Both the position numbers and the translations under genes were made by a program. From IMG/VR virus record IMGVR_UViG_3300018059_000546: a stretch of 64,000 nucleotides of DNA, one strand, 5' to 3'. Below, one piece after another: positions 1-10,253 of this stretch; the stretch's first letter is position 1, and each line of letters starts with the position of its first letter. This DNA comes from a virus. The notes beneath the pieces were generated by a model. It saw only the letters and a list, made by a program, of their open reading frames with translations. It made no database searches and had not been told where the DNA came from.

Positions 1-3000
1 CTTCGGTTCGAGAGAACGATCAGGGGCAGACAAGTCGGGTCCCGTCCCGGGGGCGTATATCTTCGGTTTTTTCAGCTTCTTAGCCTTCAACCCTTCCATG
101 TTCTCCACGAGAACATGGTGCATGTGACGGTAGTGGACAAATGGTTTACCCTTTCCGACGAGATCTATCGAATCGAACGCCTCAACCTTGATGAGTCCGT
201 CAAGAACTCTCTTGTTGAACTTCGAATGCTTCCACTCACCGGTCTCTGTCCACAGGAGATCGTTCACATCCTTGTAGGGACGCAACCTTTCAATCTCTTC
301 GACAGCGGCTTCACCGACGCCTTTCAAGGATGTGAACGACGGATAGAAAGTGTCTCCGCTCTTAGAGAGAGTCCAATCGTTTCCCGATTCGTTGATATCA
401 ACCTTGCCGATCTTGTAACTGAGCTTACGAACGTCTGTAGAAGCTCTCGCCTTCGATTCGTCATCGTTGGACATCGATTGCAGGTATGTGCAGAGCCATT
501 CAGGTTCGTAGTACGTCATGAGCCACGCGCACTGGTAGGAAAGCACAGAGTACGTCAAGCTGTGGGAATAGTTGAATGCGTACTTTGCGAACGCTGCGAT
601 ATCGTCGAACAACTTCTGTGCGATTTTCTCTTCGAGACCGTTCGCAATCGCTCCTGTGACGAACTGTTTTCCAAGTTCGATAGCTTCTAGGGCCTTCGAG
701 TCGATCTTGTCGACAGACCTCTTCAGAAGAGCCTTGCGAAGTTTGTCGCAATCTCCATGTGACATTCCTGCGAGTTGGTTCGCAAGCTGGATGATCTGCT
801 CCTGATAGACGATAAATCCGAACGTGGTCTCCAACAAACTGTCGATGACAGGGTGGTCGTACTTCTTGATTTCTTTCTCTCGACGAGCCTTGATGATGAG
901 CTTGTCGACTTTCGCTGCGAGCGGTCCGGGACGGTAGATCGCAGTGGCCATCGAAAGATCCTGCACGTTTCGAGGAGCGAAATCGTGGATGTACTTCTGG
1001 GTCTGAGGATTTGTGTACTGAAAGATGCCGGCGAATCTTCTAGTTTCGAACACGTGGTCGTAGACCTTCGGGTCGGACATCTCTCCGAGAGCCGCAGGGT
1101 GCAAGTTCTTCTCGTACCATGACTTGATATCTTCCCATGTGGGATTCGGATTGTTATGATGCCTCCGCAGGATCATCCTGATAGTATCTTCAAGCATCCG
1201 CAAAGTCTCAATACCGAGAATGTCGCTCTTCACGAATCCAAGCGGTTCGAGGCAGTGCATGTTCATGCCCTCGGGCCAAGGAGATCTCACCTCTCCCTTG
1301 ATGAAGATCAGGGGCATCTTTTCATCGAGGTCCTCGCAAATGACGACGCCCGAGGCGTGCTTTCCGATCGCTCGATTCTGCTTGTACAAAATCTTGATTG
1401 GTGCAGCTACTTGCGGATACTTGCCCATGAAGTCCCTGAATTTCTCGGAGAACTCCATGCAATCGTCGAACTTCAAGGAAAACAAGCTCTTGTTTTCTCC
1501 GTCGTTCGCTTTTGGCATCACCTCTTCGAGAAGATCTTTTGTGACATCGTTGACCTCTTCAAAGTCAATTCCATGAAGTTTTGAAAGATCCTTCACCAGA
1601 GACTTCAACTGAAGCGTGAGGAAGTTAGAAATCGGAACGACGTTTCTGGTTCCTGCTTTGTCTCTCAGGAGATCGAGAAGCTTGTTTCTATCAGAAACGT
1701 CGTTATCGATATCGGGCGTGTCGTTACGAGCGGGACTGATGAATCGTTCGAACATCAATCCGTACTTCAGGGGATCGATCTGCGTGATTCCCAAAACGTA
1801 ATTGACCAACGAACCGGCTCCAGAACCTCGGCCTGCACCGACGAGCATGTTATCGTAGGCGATATCCATGATGATCTTGGTGAGGAGAAAGTACTGCGAG
1901 AAATTCTTGTCCTTGATGATCGTCAGCTCGTACTTGAGCCGCTGCATGTACTCCTTTTTGCCCCAGAGATTTTTCTGTTGCATTCCGGTCTTGCAGTTCT
2001 CGTACAACGCTTCGAATGGCATTTGCCCAGGTGGGACGACGAACGATGGAAGTTTAATTCCCGTGTCCATCTTGATCGGATTGATCATATCATGGGCGAT
2101 GTCGTGCGTACGTTCGATCGCAGCGCGGACAGTTTCATCATCGTAGAACGGCATACCATTACAGTACTCGTTGTACGAATCCCACATCTGCCCAGCATTC
2201 TTCGGGTACAGCTCGCACTTCAACGCTTCCTTGGACTTGGGAAGCATATCAGGATTGATCTCTTCGTATCGAAGGCGACCCAACTTCTTGTAGATCTCTC
2301 TTTCGAGCCACAGTTCAGGTCGGCAGTAGTGAGAATCAGCTGCGGCAGTGAGTTTGATTCCCGTCTTGTTAGACATCTCAATGAGAGCCCGATTGACAAG
2401 ATGTTGCGGAGCGAGTTTATTGAACTGCAGCTCGGCGAATACGTTTTCTTCACCGACAGCGTCAACGATGGGATCGAATGCTCTTGCGAGTTCTTCCTGA
2501 ACCTCTCTCATCTTGGACGGATCGTCCAACAGCTCATGTTTGAGCTCGTCGAAAGGAACACCCTGGAACTTATCTAAGGTAGCGTACGCTCCGAAACCAC
2601 CGATGCACGCCGAGGTCACGATGATATCTTCGCCGTGCTCTTTCAACATCTTAGCATCGATTCGAGGAAACCTGTACATGCCCTCGATGTTAGCTCTTGA
2701 AACTAGCTTGAAGAGATTTTGGCGACCCTTGTCACTCTTAGCGAGGAGCACCATGTGGTGGCGTCTATTGACAGGATCTCTCCACTTGGAAACGTTCTTC
2801 GTTTCGTCTTCGTTCTCTGTCGTAGAGGCGTCGCTCTCATCGGATTCTTTAGCAAGTTTCTTCGACTCTTTCTTCGCGTCCTTCTTAGCTTCTTCCTTCT
2901 CGAACTTCTGCTTGCGCCAGTCTTCGAGACTCGGATGGTAGTACGCCTCGCATCCTGCGATTTGTTTGAACTCCCTTCCCTTCTTTTTCAGATCTTCAGA

Positions 3001-3174
3001 CTTGAGATAAGCCTGCGCAAAGGAGTTACAATTCCCATGTTCTGTGAAAGCCATCGCATCCATCCCGTTTTCAAGACAGAAGTCGATGTGCTCCTCAACG
3101 GGCCCGAGCCCATCGCTGATCGAGGCATGTGTGTGGCTGTGGAGATTAACGAACCTCTTCGGACTATCGCTCAA
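1..3174 (-). CDS. dnaE: DNA polymerase III alpha subunit (family C), 3' end outside window
   Basis: Absent from the ORF track (no stop in window). Manual translation from TTG at 3174: PHP start FVNLHSHTHASISDG...TEHGN, GAGRGSGAGSLVNYVLGITQIDPLKYGLMFERF, catalytic PDIDND, FAKYAFNYSH; the last codons at base 1 are still open. Confidence 0.95.
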   Translation of the reverse strand, partial: MSDSPKRFVNLHSHTHASISDGLGPVEEHIDFCLENGMDAMAFTEHGNCNSFAQAYLKSEDLKKKGREFKQIAGCEAYYHPSLEDWRKQKFEKEEAKKDAKKESKKLAKESDESDASTTENEDETKNVSKWRDPVNRRHHMVLLAKSDKGRQNLFKLVSRANIEGMYRFPRIDAKMLKEHGEDIIVTSACIGGFGAYATLDKFQGVPFDELKHELLDDPSKMREVQEELARAFDPIVDAVGEENVFAELQFNKLAPQHLVNRALIEMSNKTGIKLTAAADSHYCRPELWLEREIYKKLGRLRYEEINPDMLPKSKEALKCELYPKNAGQMWDSYNEYCNGMPFYDDETVRAAIERTHDIAHDMINPIKMDTGIKLPSFVVPPGQMPFEALYENCKTGMQQKNLWGKKEYMQRLKYELTIIKDKNFSQYFLLTKIIMDIAYDNMLVGAGRGSGAGSLVNYVLGITQIDPLKYGLMFERFISPARNDTPDIDNDVSDRNKLLDLLRDKAGTRNVVPISNFLTLQLKSLVKDLSKLHGIDFEEVNDVTKDLLEEVMPKANDGENKSLFSLKFDDCMEFSEKFRDFMGKYPQVAAPIKILYKQNRAIGKHASGVVICEDLDEKMPLIFIKGEVRSPWPEGMNMHCLEPLGFVKSDILGIETLRMLEDTIRMILRRHHNNPNPTWEDIKSWYEKNLHPAALGEMSDPKVYDHVFETRRFAGIFQYTNPQTQKYIHDFAPRNVQDLSMATAIYRPGPLAAKVDKLIIKARREKEIKKYDHPVIDSLLETTFGFIVYQEQIIQLANQLAGMSHGDCDKLRKALLKRSVDKIDSKALEAIELGKQFVTGAIANGLEEKIAQKLFDDIAAFAKYAFNYSHSLTYSVLSYQCAWLMTYYEPEWLCTYLQSMSNDDESKARASTDVRKLSYKIGKVDINESGNDWTLSKSGDTFYPSFTSLKGVGEAAVEEIERLRPYKDVNDLLWTETGEWKHSKFNKRVLDGLIKVEAFDSIDLVGKGKPFVHYRHMHHVLVENMEGLKAKKLKKPKIYAPGTGPDLSAPDRSLEPK

Positions 3175-3425
3175 TTATTCTCTCCCAAAATTTCCCATCG
3201 TGTAGATTCACTGTGGCTGTCGTGAACATGGTACACCCTGCCCGACATGAACATGAAGTGATCTTCACCATCGCCCCCAAGGTACAGTGCCTCGAGCCCG
3301 CCTGCATGGATCAGATCAGTTGACCCGAATGTCTCTTGACGAGCAACCCACATATGACCTATCCTACAGCGTACTAGGTCTCCAGTACCTAGCTCATCCA
3401 AGTAGTAGACTTTTTTCGCCGCCAC
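3171..3425 (-). CDS. hypothetical protein
   Basis: 84-aa ORF; its stop overlaps the dnaE start (TTGA). Confidence 0.6.
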   Translation of the reverse strand: MAAKKVYYLDELGTGDLVRCRIGHMWVARQETFGSTDLIHAGGLEALYLGGDGEDHFMFMSGRVYHVHDSHSESTRWEILGENN

Positions 3426-3470
3426 ACTCTAAAGGTATGCTAAAAACGTCAAAACAACCGTCTTAAAGAA

Positions 3471-4484
3471 TCAGAAATTCTGATCGAGCTCGATCGAAAA
3501 ATAGTCGATCGTACGCCTGATTCCTTCTTCGAAGGAAATCTCCGGATTCCAGCCTAGAACTTCTTGAGCAACTTTGATCGTAGGATTCCTACGCTTAGGA
3601 TCGTCCTGTGGAAGCGGGAGATAGGTCACCTTCGAAGTGGAACACATCGTTCGAACGATGAACTCGGCAGCTTCTCCAATTGTTCTTTCTTGCGGGTTTC
3701 CAAGGTTGATCGGAAAAGAATGCGGTTCGTCCTTGTGGAGGTAAGAGATGATTCCTCGAACGAGGTCGTCCACGTAGCAAAAACTCCTAGTTTGGGTTCC
3801 GTCTCCGTAGATCGTGATATCTTGTCCACAGAGAGCTTGGACCACGAAATTAGAAACTACTCGACCATCGTCGACCTGCATTCGCGGTCCGAAAGTATTG
3901 AATATCCGAACGACTCGTACATCGTGCCCCCTTTGAAGATGTTCGTAGCAGATAGTTTCTGCGACGCGCTTCCCTTCGTCGTAATTCGCTCGCGGACCCC
4001 ACGTATTGACGTGACCCTTGTACGATTCCTCCTGCGGATGAACCTCAGGATCTCCGTAGATTTCGCTCGTAGAAGCGTGAAGAACTCTGGAACCCAGGGC
4101 TGCGAACTTCATCGCAGTTTTCGTGCCCACGTAGCATGTATCCAGAGTTCCCATCGGGTCTTTTTGGTAGGCGACTGGTGAAGCGGGACAGGCGAGATTG
4201 AAATATGCGAAGGGTGCTTCACCTCGAGTGAAAGCTAGAACCTTTTCAACCAGAGTGGGTGAACACACATTCTCTTGGATCGTCCACAGAATTTGTCCCT
4301 TCGCAGATGCGAGAATAGATGCTTCGTCAAGATTCTTCCATCGACCTGTGCAGAGATTATCCACGCAGACGACATCGAAACCTTGTTCTATGAGAGAAAG
4401 AGTCAAGTGACTGCCGATGAATCCGGCTGCGCCGGCGATGACCGCGATTTTTCTAGAACTCAAGATACCTCTTCGAGAAACCAT
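3471..4484 (-). CDS. uxs: UDP-glucuronate decarboxylase (UDP-xylose synthase), extended SDR
   Basis: GAAGFIGSHL, LACPASPVAYQ, HASTSEIYGDP, YDEGKRVAET, RIFNTFGPRM..DDGRVVSNF, QTRSFCYVDDL. Confidence 0.9.
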   Translation of the reverse strand: MVSRRGILSSRKIAVIAGAAGFIGSHLTLSLIEQGFDVVCVDNLCTGRWKNLDEASILASAKGQILWTIQENVCSPTLVEKVLAFTRGEAPFAYFNLACPASPVAYQKDPMGTLDTCYVGTKTAMKFAALGSRVLHASTSEIYGDPEVHPQEESYKGHVNTWGPRANYDEGKRVAETICYEHLQRGHDVRVVRIFNTFGPRMQVDDGRVVSNFVVQALCGQDITIYGDGTQTRSFCYVDDLVRGIISYLHKDEPHSFPINLGNPQERTIGEAAEFIVRTMCSTSKVTYLPLPQDDPKRRNPTIKVAQEVLGWNPEISFEEGIRRTIDYFSIELDQNF

Positions 4485-4957
4485 CTAGATCTCGATTCGC
4501 CGATGGATTTCATCTGTTCTCGAAAGATCTGTCCTCGAATCATGAGGAACACGTGCGAATCAGACGTACTCGGAACCGATTTGCGACCAACGCAAGTGAC
4601 AATTTCGCCCGCGACCAGCGTCTGCCGTTGAATTTCTATCGCTCCAGCAAATGGAGGGCAATCTTTGACCTTGTAGGAGTTACCCAAACGAAACTTTTGC
4701 TTCACATCTACATCCTCTCGAAGAAAATGAATAAGATTGTCTCTCTCACCATTCTTGAGCCTGACCATGGAGTTGCCGAAGCTCCCGTTCATGATGTTGA
4801 GGTAAGCTTCCAGGAAATCCTCGTCTGTGAAGTTGCCCTTCAGGATCGTCGCTATTTCCCTGGCTTCGGAACAGTACTCGTCGAAGGGAGCTCCCATGTG
4901 GATCAAACCCATGGGGTCGACCAACGCGATCGCTCGTTCAATCTTATCAGGTGTCAC
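4460..4957 (-). CDS. hypothetical protein (N-terminus resembles YugE/DUF1871-like DP.G....P.DEY motif)
   Basis: DPMGLIHMGAPFDEYCSEAREI; family call tentative. Confidence 0.55.
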   Translation of the reverse strand: MTPDKIERAIALVDPMGLIHMGAPFDEYCSEAREIATILKGNFTDEDFLEAYLNIMNGSFGNSMVRLKNGERDNLIHFLREDVDVKQKFRLGNSYKVKDCPPFAGAIEIQRQTLVAGEIVTCVGRKSVPSTSDSHVFLMIRGQIFREQMKSIGESRSRWFLEEVS

Positions 4958-4986
4958 AGACAGAATGTACTATGGTTCGAGCGGAA

Positions 4987-5568
4987 TTATCCGCCCATAC
5001 GTTGTTTCAACAGGTAGATTGAAGCTTCGTGGTTGTCAGCCAGACCCTGGAGGAAATTGTCCACCCCCAAAGAAAGGGTGCCGTTCGTTTCCATGCGCTT
5101 GTACAGAAGTTCGAGTATTCCGAGGAAGTGCATTTCTGCCTCGTAGGACCTCTGAGTTAGGTCGTTGGAGGTCGGCATTTCGGAGAGGTTGGAACACATG
5201 GCTTCTACAACGAGTGCTTCATGCGTCACCTGTTGCACGGGATGGATCATCATCATACTCGACGTGCCGATAGCTTTCTCTGCAACCTTATCGACTTCTT
5301 CATTCGTACTATTGTACAGACGTTCGAACAAAAGATGGTCACCGTAGAATGTATCTGCCGTCGCGGTCCAATGGCCAACCTGGTGAACGAAAGCCAGGGC
5401 TCTCACGCATGACAGAAGGATGGGAAGCTCGCAAGCCTCCGTACCATCGTAATCGACGATCATCTGCTCAAGAAGAGCTTCGTGATTTACGGACTCTGTG
5501 ACAATCTTGAAACTGAGTGTCTCAACGATCTTCTTAGAAGTATTTCGTGTACCATTTCGGGTCGGCAT
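4987..5568 (-). CDS. ferritin/Dps-like four-helix-bundle protein
   Basis: HQVGHW...FYGDHLLFERLY...EEVDKVAEK resembles the Dps ferroxidase pattern; start uncertain (5634, 5568 or about 5463). Confidence 0.75.
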   Translation of the reverse strand: MPTRNGTRNTSKKIVETLSFKIVTESVNHEALLEQMIVDYDGTEACELPILLSCVRALAFVHQVGHWTATADTFYGDHLLFERLYNSTNEEVDKVAEKAIGTSSMMMIHPVQQVTHEALVVEAMCSNLSEMPTSNDLTQRSYEAEMHFLGILELLYKRMETNGTLSLGVDNFLQGLADNHEASIYLLKQRMGG

Positions 5569-5923
5569 AATATTGCGCTTTCGTTTCCGGATCGGCTTCG
5601 CCGAACTCGTCCTGTTCCTTCTCGGCATGACCAAGTTCAGATTCTAGGTCTTCTTGGTCGATTTCGATTCCCGTCAACTTTCGTTGACGATTTGAGATGT
5701 CTGCGGTCAGCCTACGAATATCCGGATGTTCTTCTCTGGACCTAGCATCCTTGTAGGCTCGGCGGGTCATGTTTGTGAACTGATCACTGTCGAATTCGGC
5801 CTCAATGTCGTCGGGATCTGTCGATGGACGGGTGAAATTGACCATGCCCTCACCATCGTCCGTAGCGATCGGACCCAGTTCTAAAAGAGCCTGGACATAC
5901 TCTTTGATCAGGTCTCTGATCAC
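5534..5923 (-). CDS. acidic hypothetical protein with putative virion-targeting leader
   Basis: MIRDLIKEYVQALLE leader; GTGA overlap with upstream gene. Confidence 0.7.
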   Translation of the reverse strand: MIRDLIKEYVQALLELGPIATDDGEGMVNFTRPSTDPDDIEAEFDSDQFTNMTRRAYKDARSREEHPDIRRLTADISNRQRKLTGIEIDQEDLESELGHAEKEQDEFGEADPETKAQYYADPKWYTKYF

Positions 5924-6120
5924 TTCATCAACCCCATGGTCTTCAAAAAGTGGGAGATTTTCGAACGAGCATCGTCAGAAACCATCGTTCCTGGCTCATC
6001 CAGCATCAGAGAATCATCCGTTCCCTGCATCCAACGGTCATCCTTTTCTCGTTCGGATCTCTTCTTGGTTTCATCCAGGAGCTCTCTAAACAAGGAACGG
6101 AAGTTTTGACGGGTGCCCAC
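5920..6120 (-). CDS. small hypothetical protein (putative late gene)
   Basis: 66 aa; TACTTA motif 4 nt upstream of GTG. Confidence 0.65.
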   Translation of the reverse strand: MGTRQNFRSLFRELLDETKKRSEREKDDRWMQGTDDSLMLDEPGTMVSDDARSKISHFLKTMGLMK

Positions 6121-6134
6121 AATCTAAGTATGGA

Positions 6135-7079
6135 TCAAATGAGACCGAGTAGCGTATCGATGTAAGGATCAGAAGACTTCGCAGACGATTCCGTGTAACC
6201 GTAGGGTAAATCGTATTCCTTCGCCCTGGTGGTGCTGTACGACACTCTCATTTCTGAGAGTTCTGTCTCTTTCTTTTGGAGGCAGCCCAATTGCTCGCTG
6301 GTGAACACCTCGCATGCTATCACACCACCTCGAGGGGGCCCCACATGGATAAAACGCGACAAGTATGTCTCGGCCCTACAGACAGCCCTGAATGAAGGGT
6401 TGTATTCCTTGTCGAACTCTTGTAGGGTGCTCTTCGTCTGGAGCACCAGAGACTTCCCGTGCTCGATCCCCTTGTCTGCGACAGTGTTTAGGTCCGAATA
6501 AAGTCGCTCGCGGATGGCGACGTCGATGGTGTAGTAGCCCTTTTTGAGGTATTTGGACACCCGAGACATGAAAAACGGACTATCTCCGTTAAGAAGGCTC
6601 AATTTCTTTTGTTCGCAAAGGGCTGGTACAGCCTTGTGATACCAAAAGCCCTTTCCGTCGAAAGCTACGGCGCAATTCGTGAAATCGAACTTCGAAATGA
6701 TCTCGACGGGAGTTCCCGTTCGGAACATGATGACCTGCAACTGCGGGCCACCGTCGGTGATATCGAGATCGATCGCATTCCTTCCGAAGGAGGGCCGGAA
6801 AGAAATGTTCCGATCCACGGCGGCAGTTGACAGGTAGACGTCGAGAGATTCTTGATTCGGGAACCACAGATCGACGTCCTTCCACAATCCGTAGCGAATC
6901 GAATTTCGATTTTTTCCTGTGGTCCTAGCTTCGAGTAGAGAAATGGCTGCGCCACCAGCGATGACAGCTCCCAAAGAAATAGCGAGGCGGATCATGTTGG
7001 CAGTAGTCTCATGCCTCGAAAAAGTATCAAGCATGGACAATAGAACTGTTTCATCGGGAAGAAATTCGTAATCGCTCAC
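6135..7079 (-). CDS. nucleotidyltransferase-like protein (Pol-beta superfamily, CCA/poly(A)-polymerase head-like)
   Basis: VIAGGAA...KDVDLWF...LQVI...FDFTNCAVAFDG...RVSKY pattern. Confidence 0.6.
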   Translation of the reverse strand: MSDYEFLPDETVLLSMLDTFSRHETTANMIRLAISLGAVIAGGAAISLLEARTTGKNRNSIRYGLWKDVDLWFPNQESLDVYLSTAAVDRNISFRPSFGRNAIDLDITDGGPQLQVIMFRTGTPVEIISKFDFTNCAVAFDGKGFWYHKAVPALCEQKKLSLLNGDSPFFMSRVSKYLKKGYYTIDVAIRERLYSDLNTVADKGIEHGKSLVLQTKSTLQEFDKEYNPSFRAVCRAETYLSRFIHVGPPRGGVIACEVFTSEQLGCLQKKETELSEMRVSYSTTRAKEYDLPYGYTESSAKSSDPYIDTLLGLI

Positions 7080-7882
7080 TCTGTGACTCCGATCATATTG
7101 CTGTCTGGAGAACCGTAGTCAGAATTTCCGACGACAACTCTCAGGTTAGGGCGAATCGCTATGTCTGAAAAGGAATGTGTGTGGCCACACAGAACCGTGA
7201 AATTGATTGCGGGATGTTTTTCTGAAAGAAGAGACAAAGCTTCTCCCATCATCCTTGATGAGTACCACGGCAACGCGTGCTCATGTGTGCGTTGTCCCCT
7301 GTAGAAGCAAGATTCTGCGAAGGGAGGAAAATGGGTGAGCATGATGATTTTAGTTCGTCCATCATCGATCGCTTTGTTGCATGCATTTTCGATGTGGGTC
7401 ACAGCGCCTGCTGCGAGCTTTCGCGCGGTCGACACGACATTGTGAAGATTGCCACTGAACTCTTCGGTTCTAAACCAATCATTCATTACGAACCGAGACT
7501 TCTTAGGATCTCCGTTCAGCGCGTCGTACCATCCGTCATGGCCGACCAACGCAATGCTCTCTCCGAATGGGACGTACTCCACTCCGCCCAACCAAACGAT
7601 CCCATCCTTTGCAAGATCGCCTTTCAAAATTTCTTTACGAATTTCTACAATAGAACCATCCCAAAAATCGTGGTTTCCACAAACGAACCACAATGGCATT
7701 TCAAGATGTTCTCGAAGAGTTCGTAAACTTGCAAAAAGGATCGGTGCTAACGCAATGTCACCCGTTATAAGGACACCTTCGCAATCAATATTGTTTTGCT
7801 TGACTTTTTGACACCATTCAATGATTTGAGACTGGCCTAAACAATCAAGATGAATGTCTGTCATCCAAACAAATTTCGCCAT
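7076..7882 (-). CDS. calcineurin-like metallophosphoesterase
   Basis: TDIHLD, ITGDIA, CGNHDF, THFPP, CGHTH; start set at MAKFVW (7882). Confidence 0.9.
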   Translation of the reverse strand: MAKFVWMTDIHLDCLGQSQIIEWCQKVKQNNIDCEGVLITGDIALAPILFASLRTLREHLEMPLWFVCGNHDFWDGSIVEIRKEILKGDLAKDGIVWLGGVEYVPFGESIALVGHDGWYDALNGDPKKSRFVMNDWFRTEEFSGNLHNVVSTARKLAAGAVTHIENACNKAIDDGRTKIIMLTHFPPFAESCFYRGQRTHEHALPWYSSRMMGEALSLLSEKHPAINFTVLCGHTHSFSDIAIRPNLRVVVGNSDYGSPDSNMIGVTE

Positions 7883-8673
7883 GTTCCATCCTTGAAAACA
7901 AATTCTGTAATTCTGATCAACTTTAACCCTTTTTGCGTGAACCATTCTTCTTGATAACGATCAAAAATCCATTTCTGATGGATTCCAATGTCTCGGCTTG
8001 TTTTGCCCTGTTTGATTTCATCTAGAGGACGATCTAAACCGTGCCAATATGCGCCGTCATATTGAACGAATGTGTCAATTTCGGGAATGTAAAAATCGAT
8101 CGGCCAATTTGAATTGACTACCACGTGCCGATGAACATCGTCAAATATTTCAACTAATTCATCGAACATAGCATCTTCATGGGAAGATTTTTTGTATCCT
8201 CCAAAAAGTTTTCTTGTTTCATGGCCTTTCTTCCAAATTGCAGGACATTGCAACGGTTCACTAACACCAAATCTTGCTTGGCAAGTGGTTCGTCTTTTTC
8301 CCTTGACTATTTCAGATTGAAATGTATGTTCTACGCCATAATTTCGCAGAGTTGTTTCTTTCTTTTTAAGTTGCGACTGCGGCGATTTGTCGACGATTTT
8401 TTGTCGAATTTTTTGATCTTTCAACGGATGAATTACACCGTAATTTTGAAGAAATGTTTGTTCTTTCTTCAAATGAAGAAGACCACTAATTTGTGAACGT
8501 GTAACGCACGTAGTTGAACAAAAATGATGTTGTTCATTCACTTTCTTCTTCATGAACCTCCGGTGAAACAACAATCTACATTCATCGCATTGTAACTCTA
8601 ATACACGATGAAATTTTGGACCTTTCGATTCGGGTGGTCGATTATTCGAGATCGAAATCGTAGAAATATACAC
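7861..8673 (-). CDS. putative homing endonuclease, Vsr/DUF559-like with (N/R)(Y/F)GV repeats
   Basis: AT-rich; three T..NYGV/RFGV repeats; IDFYIPEIDTFVQYDGAYWHG. Confidence 0.75.
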   Translation of the reverse strand: MYISTISISNNRPPESKGPKFHRVLELQCDECRLLFHRRFMKKKVNEQHHFCSTTCVTRSQISGLLHLKKEQTFLQNYGVIHPLKDQKIRQKIVDKSPQSQLKKKETTLRNYGVEHTFQSEIVKGKRRTTCQARFGVSEPLQCPAIWKKGHETRKLFGGYKKSSHEDAMFDELVEIFDDVHRHVVVNSNWPIDFYIPEIDTFVQYDGAYWHGLDRPLDEIKQGKTSRDIGIHQKWIFDRYQEEWFTQKGLKLIRITEFVFKDGTWRNLFG

Positions 8674-8702
8674 AAAGATAAGTAATCATGAGTACCAAAA
8701 AA

Positions 8703-9278
8703 TTAGTCTTCATTGACCCTTTTGCTTAAAAGTGAGTGTAGCACGTTCCAATCAGAGGTTCTGACGACTCCTTTGGGAAGAATAGCTACCCGATTGTACG
8801 GGTGATCCCATAATACCGCAATTCCGTCCGGGTTGGCGGCGGCCCAAACAAGCACGTTTGCAGGTTTGTCGTCCACGAACATGTCACCTTGAACCTGCTG
8901 TTTTTCATGAGCGAAGATCACCTTCTTGCGTGAGATACCGAAATGATCTTCGATCCAATGAGCCCGTTCGTACATCCACGGACGAGCATCGACAGGTGCT
9001 GTAACAATGAGAACTTCGCAAGTTTCTCGGAACTTTTTCACGGCTACTAGAGCTTCAGGATAGGGTTTCATGCTCGCGCAATAATCTACCTGGCTGGCAA
9101 GTTCTCCAAATTTGACCCACATTTCAGGATGACCCAAAGATTCGAACACCTCCCAATGAGGGATCTCTTCTGGGGTGTATCGTTTACCTGTCTCTCTTTC
9201 GATGAGTCCCAACGCTTCAGTCGTAAAGTCGGCGAGAACACCGTCGCAATCGAGCAGAACTACAGGTATTTTCTTCAT
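8703..9278 (-). CDS. 5'(3')-deoxyribonucleotidase (NT5C, HAD family)
   Basis: LLDCDGVLADF, IVTAP, DMFVDDKPAN, WDHPYN. Confidence 0.9.
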   Translation of the reverse strand: MKKIPVVLLDCDGVLADFTTEALGLIERETGKRYTPEEIPHWEVFESLGHPEMWVKFGELASQVDYCASMKPYPEALVAVKKFRETCEVLIVTAPVDARPWMYERAHWIEDHFGISRKKVIFAHEKQQVQGDMFVDDKPANVLVWAAANPDGIAVLWDHPYNRVAILPKGVVRTSDWNVLHSLLSKRVNED

Positions 9279-9478
9279 TAGAATTGATCTTCTTCCGTAG
9301 AACCTACAAGCTGCAATTTCGTCGAATACGCCAACTTCAAAATCTGGGTTTTATCGAACAATGTCAAAGCCTCCAAGTTATAGAAATCCTTATTATATGG
9401 TACTATAAAGTGATCAAATTTGCAAAAAAATGGAACGTAGTGAAAACACTCGTTCCTCGATTTGCAAGAGATAAAGAT

Positions 9479-9757
9479 TTAGATGATTCGAAAATTATGC
9501 TGGTGGGGCCAACTCAGAACGACAACAATTCCATCGCTAGCAATTGCCAGCGCGCTCTTCCATCCCCCACCCCACTCTCCGATTTCTGATCTAGAAAGAG
9601 TTTGGATGACAACGAAAGTCTCTCCCGGTATCACGAACTCCCATTCATCCGACCCAGAAGCAGCCGAGTAAAAGTGGGCGGAAGTTTCTTCGGTAGCATG
9701 AAGCACATCTCCATCATGCAAGATGCTGGATCCTGATTTGGGAAGTTTTCGCTTCAT
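9479..9757 (-). CDS. hypothetical protein
   Basis: ORF in gene-dense minus strand; start set at MKRKLP. Confidence 0.5.
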   Translation of the reverse strand: MKRKLPKSGSSILHDGDVLHATEETSAHFYSAASGSDEWEFVIPGETFVVIQTLSRSEIGEWGGGWKSALAIASDGIVVVLSWPHQHNFRII

Positions 9758-9773
9758 GTTGTGAAGAGTGATG

Positions 9774-10253
9774 TTAGTAACCCGTATTGATCCTTCGCAC
9801 GTTCTCAAGGCCCTTCTTCATGTACGCTGCGAAGAGTTCTTCCTTAGAGATTCCGGATGCGATTACGATCTCAAGATAGAAGTGTAGAGCATCTGAAAGT
9901 TCTTCGATGTACTCTTCCCTATCGACAGATCCCACGTCGGCGGCCCGATGATCCTTCTGTTTAAGGTGTTGACGGGCTTCGTGGAGCTCGTCCGCACATT
10001 CGTAACTGATTTGTTTGAGAAACTTCTGTCCTGCTTTGGAAGTGAGATCGACCGGAAATTCCGGAAATCCTCTTTTCTCTCGAAGCAAGTTCATGAATGA
10101 TTTCTGTTGTTCCCAAATCGCATCGAAGCGATCGATTTTCTCGTTAGCATCCATGAAGTCCTTGCAATCGCATTGCCCGCAGGCAAAAAAAGCACCGGGC
10201 ATCACAACGTGATCGCTCTCGGTGTGCTTACACTTACACACCGGATCGCTCAT
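9774..10253 (-). CDS. all-alpha NTP pyrophosphatase (dimeric dUTPase/dCTPase, MazG superfamily) with N-terminal Cys/His finger
   Basis: ECADELHEA, EEYIEELSDALHF, YMKKGLENVRRINTGY; CKCKH....H...CGQCDC at N-terminus. Confidence 0.8.
   Translation of the reverse strand: MSDPVCKCKHTESDHVVMPGAFFACGQCDCKDFMDANEKIDRFDAIWEQQKSFMNLLREKRGFPEFPVDLTSKAGQKFLKQISYECADELHEARQHLKQKDHRAADVGSVDREEYIEELSDALHFYLEIVIASGISKEELFAAYMKKGLENVRRINTGY

Noticed and set aside
115-3225. Numerous + strand ORFs of 100-300 aa here and opposite other large genes
   Set aside because: Antisense shadows of well-supported minus-strand genes (here dnaE); no motifs.
9279-9589. + strand 101-aa ORF, and an open minus frame continuing past the TAA at 9479
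   Set aside because: AT-rich, no convincing start or motif; treated as intergenic or a decayed fragment.
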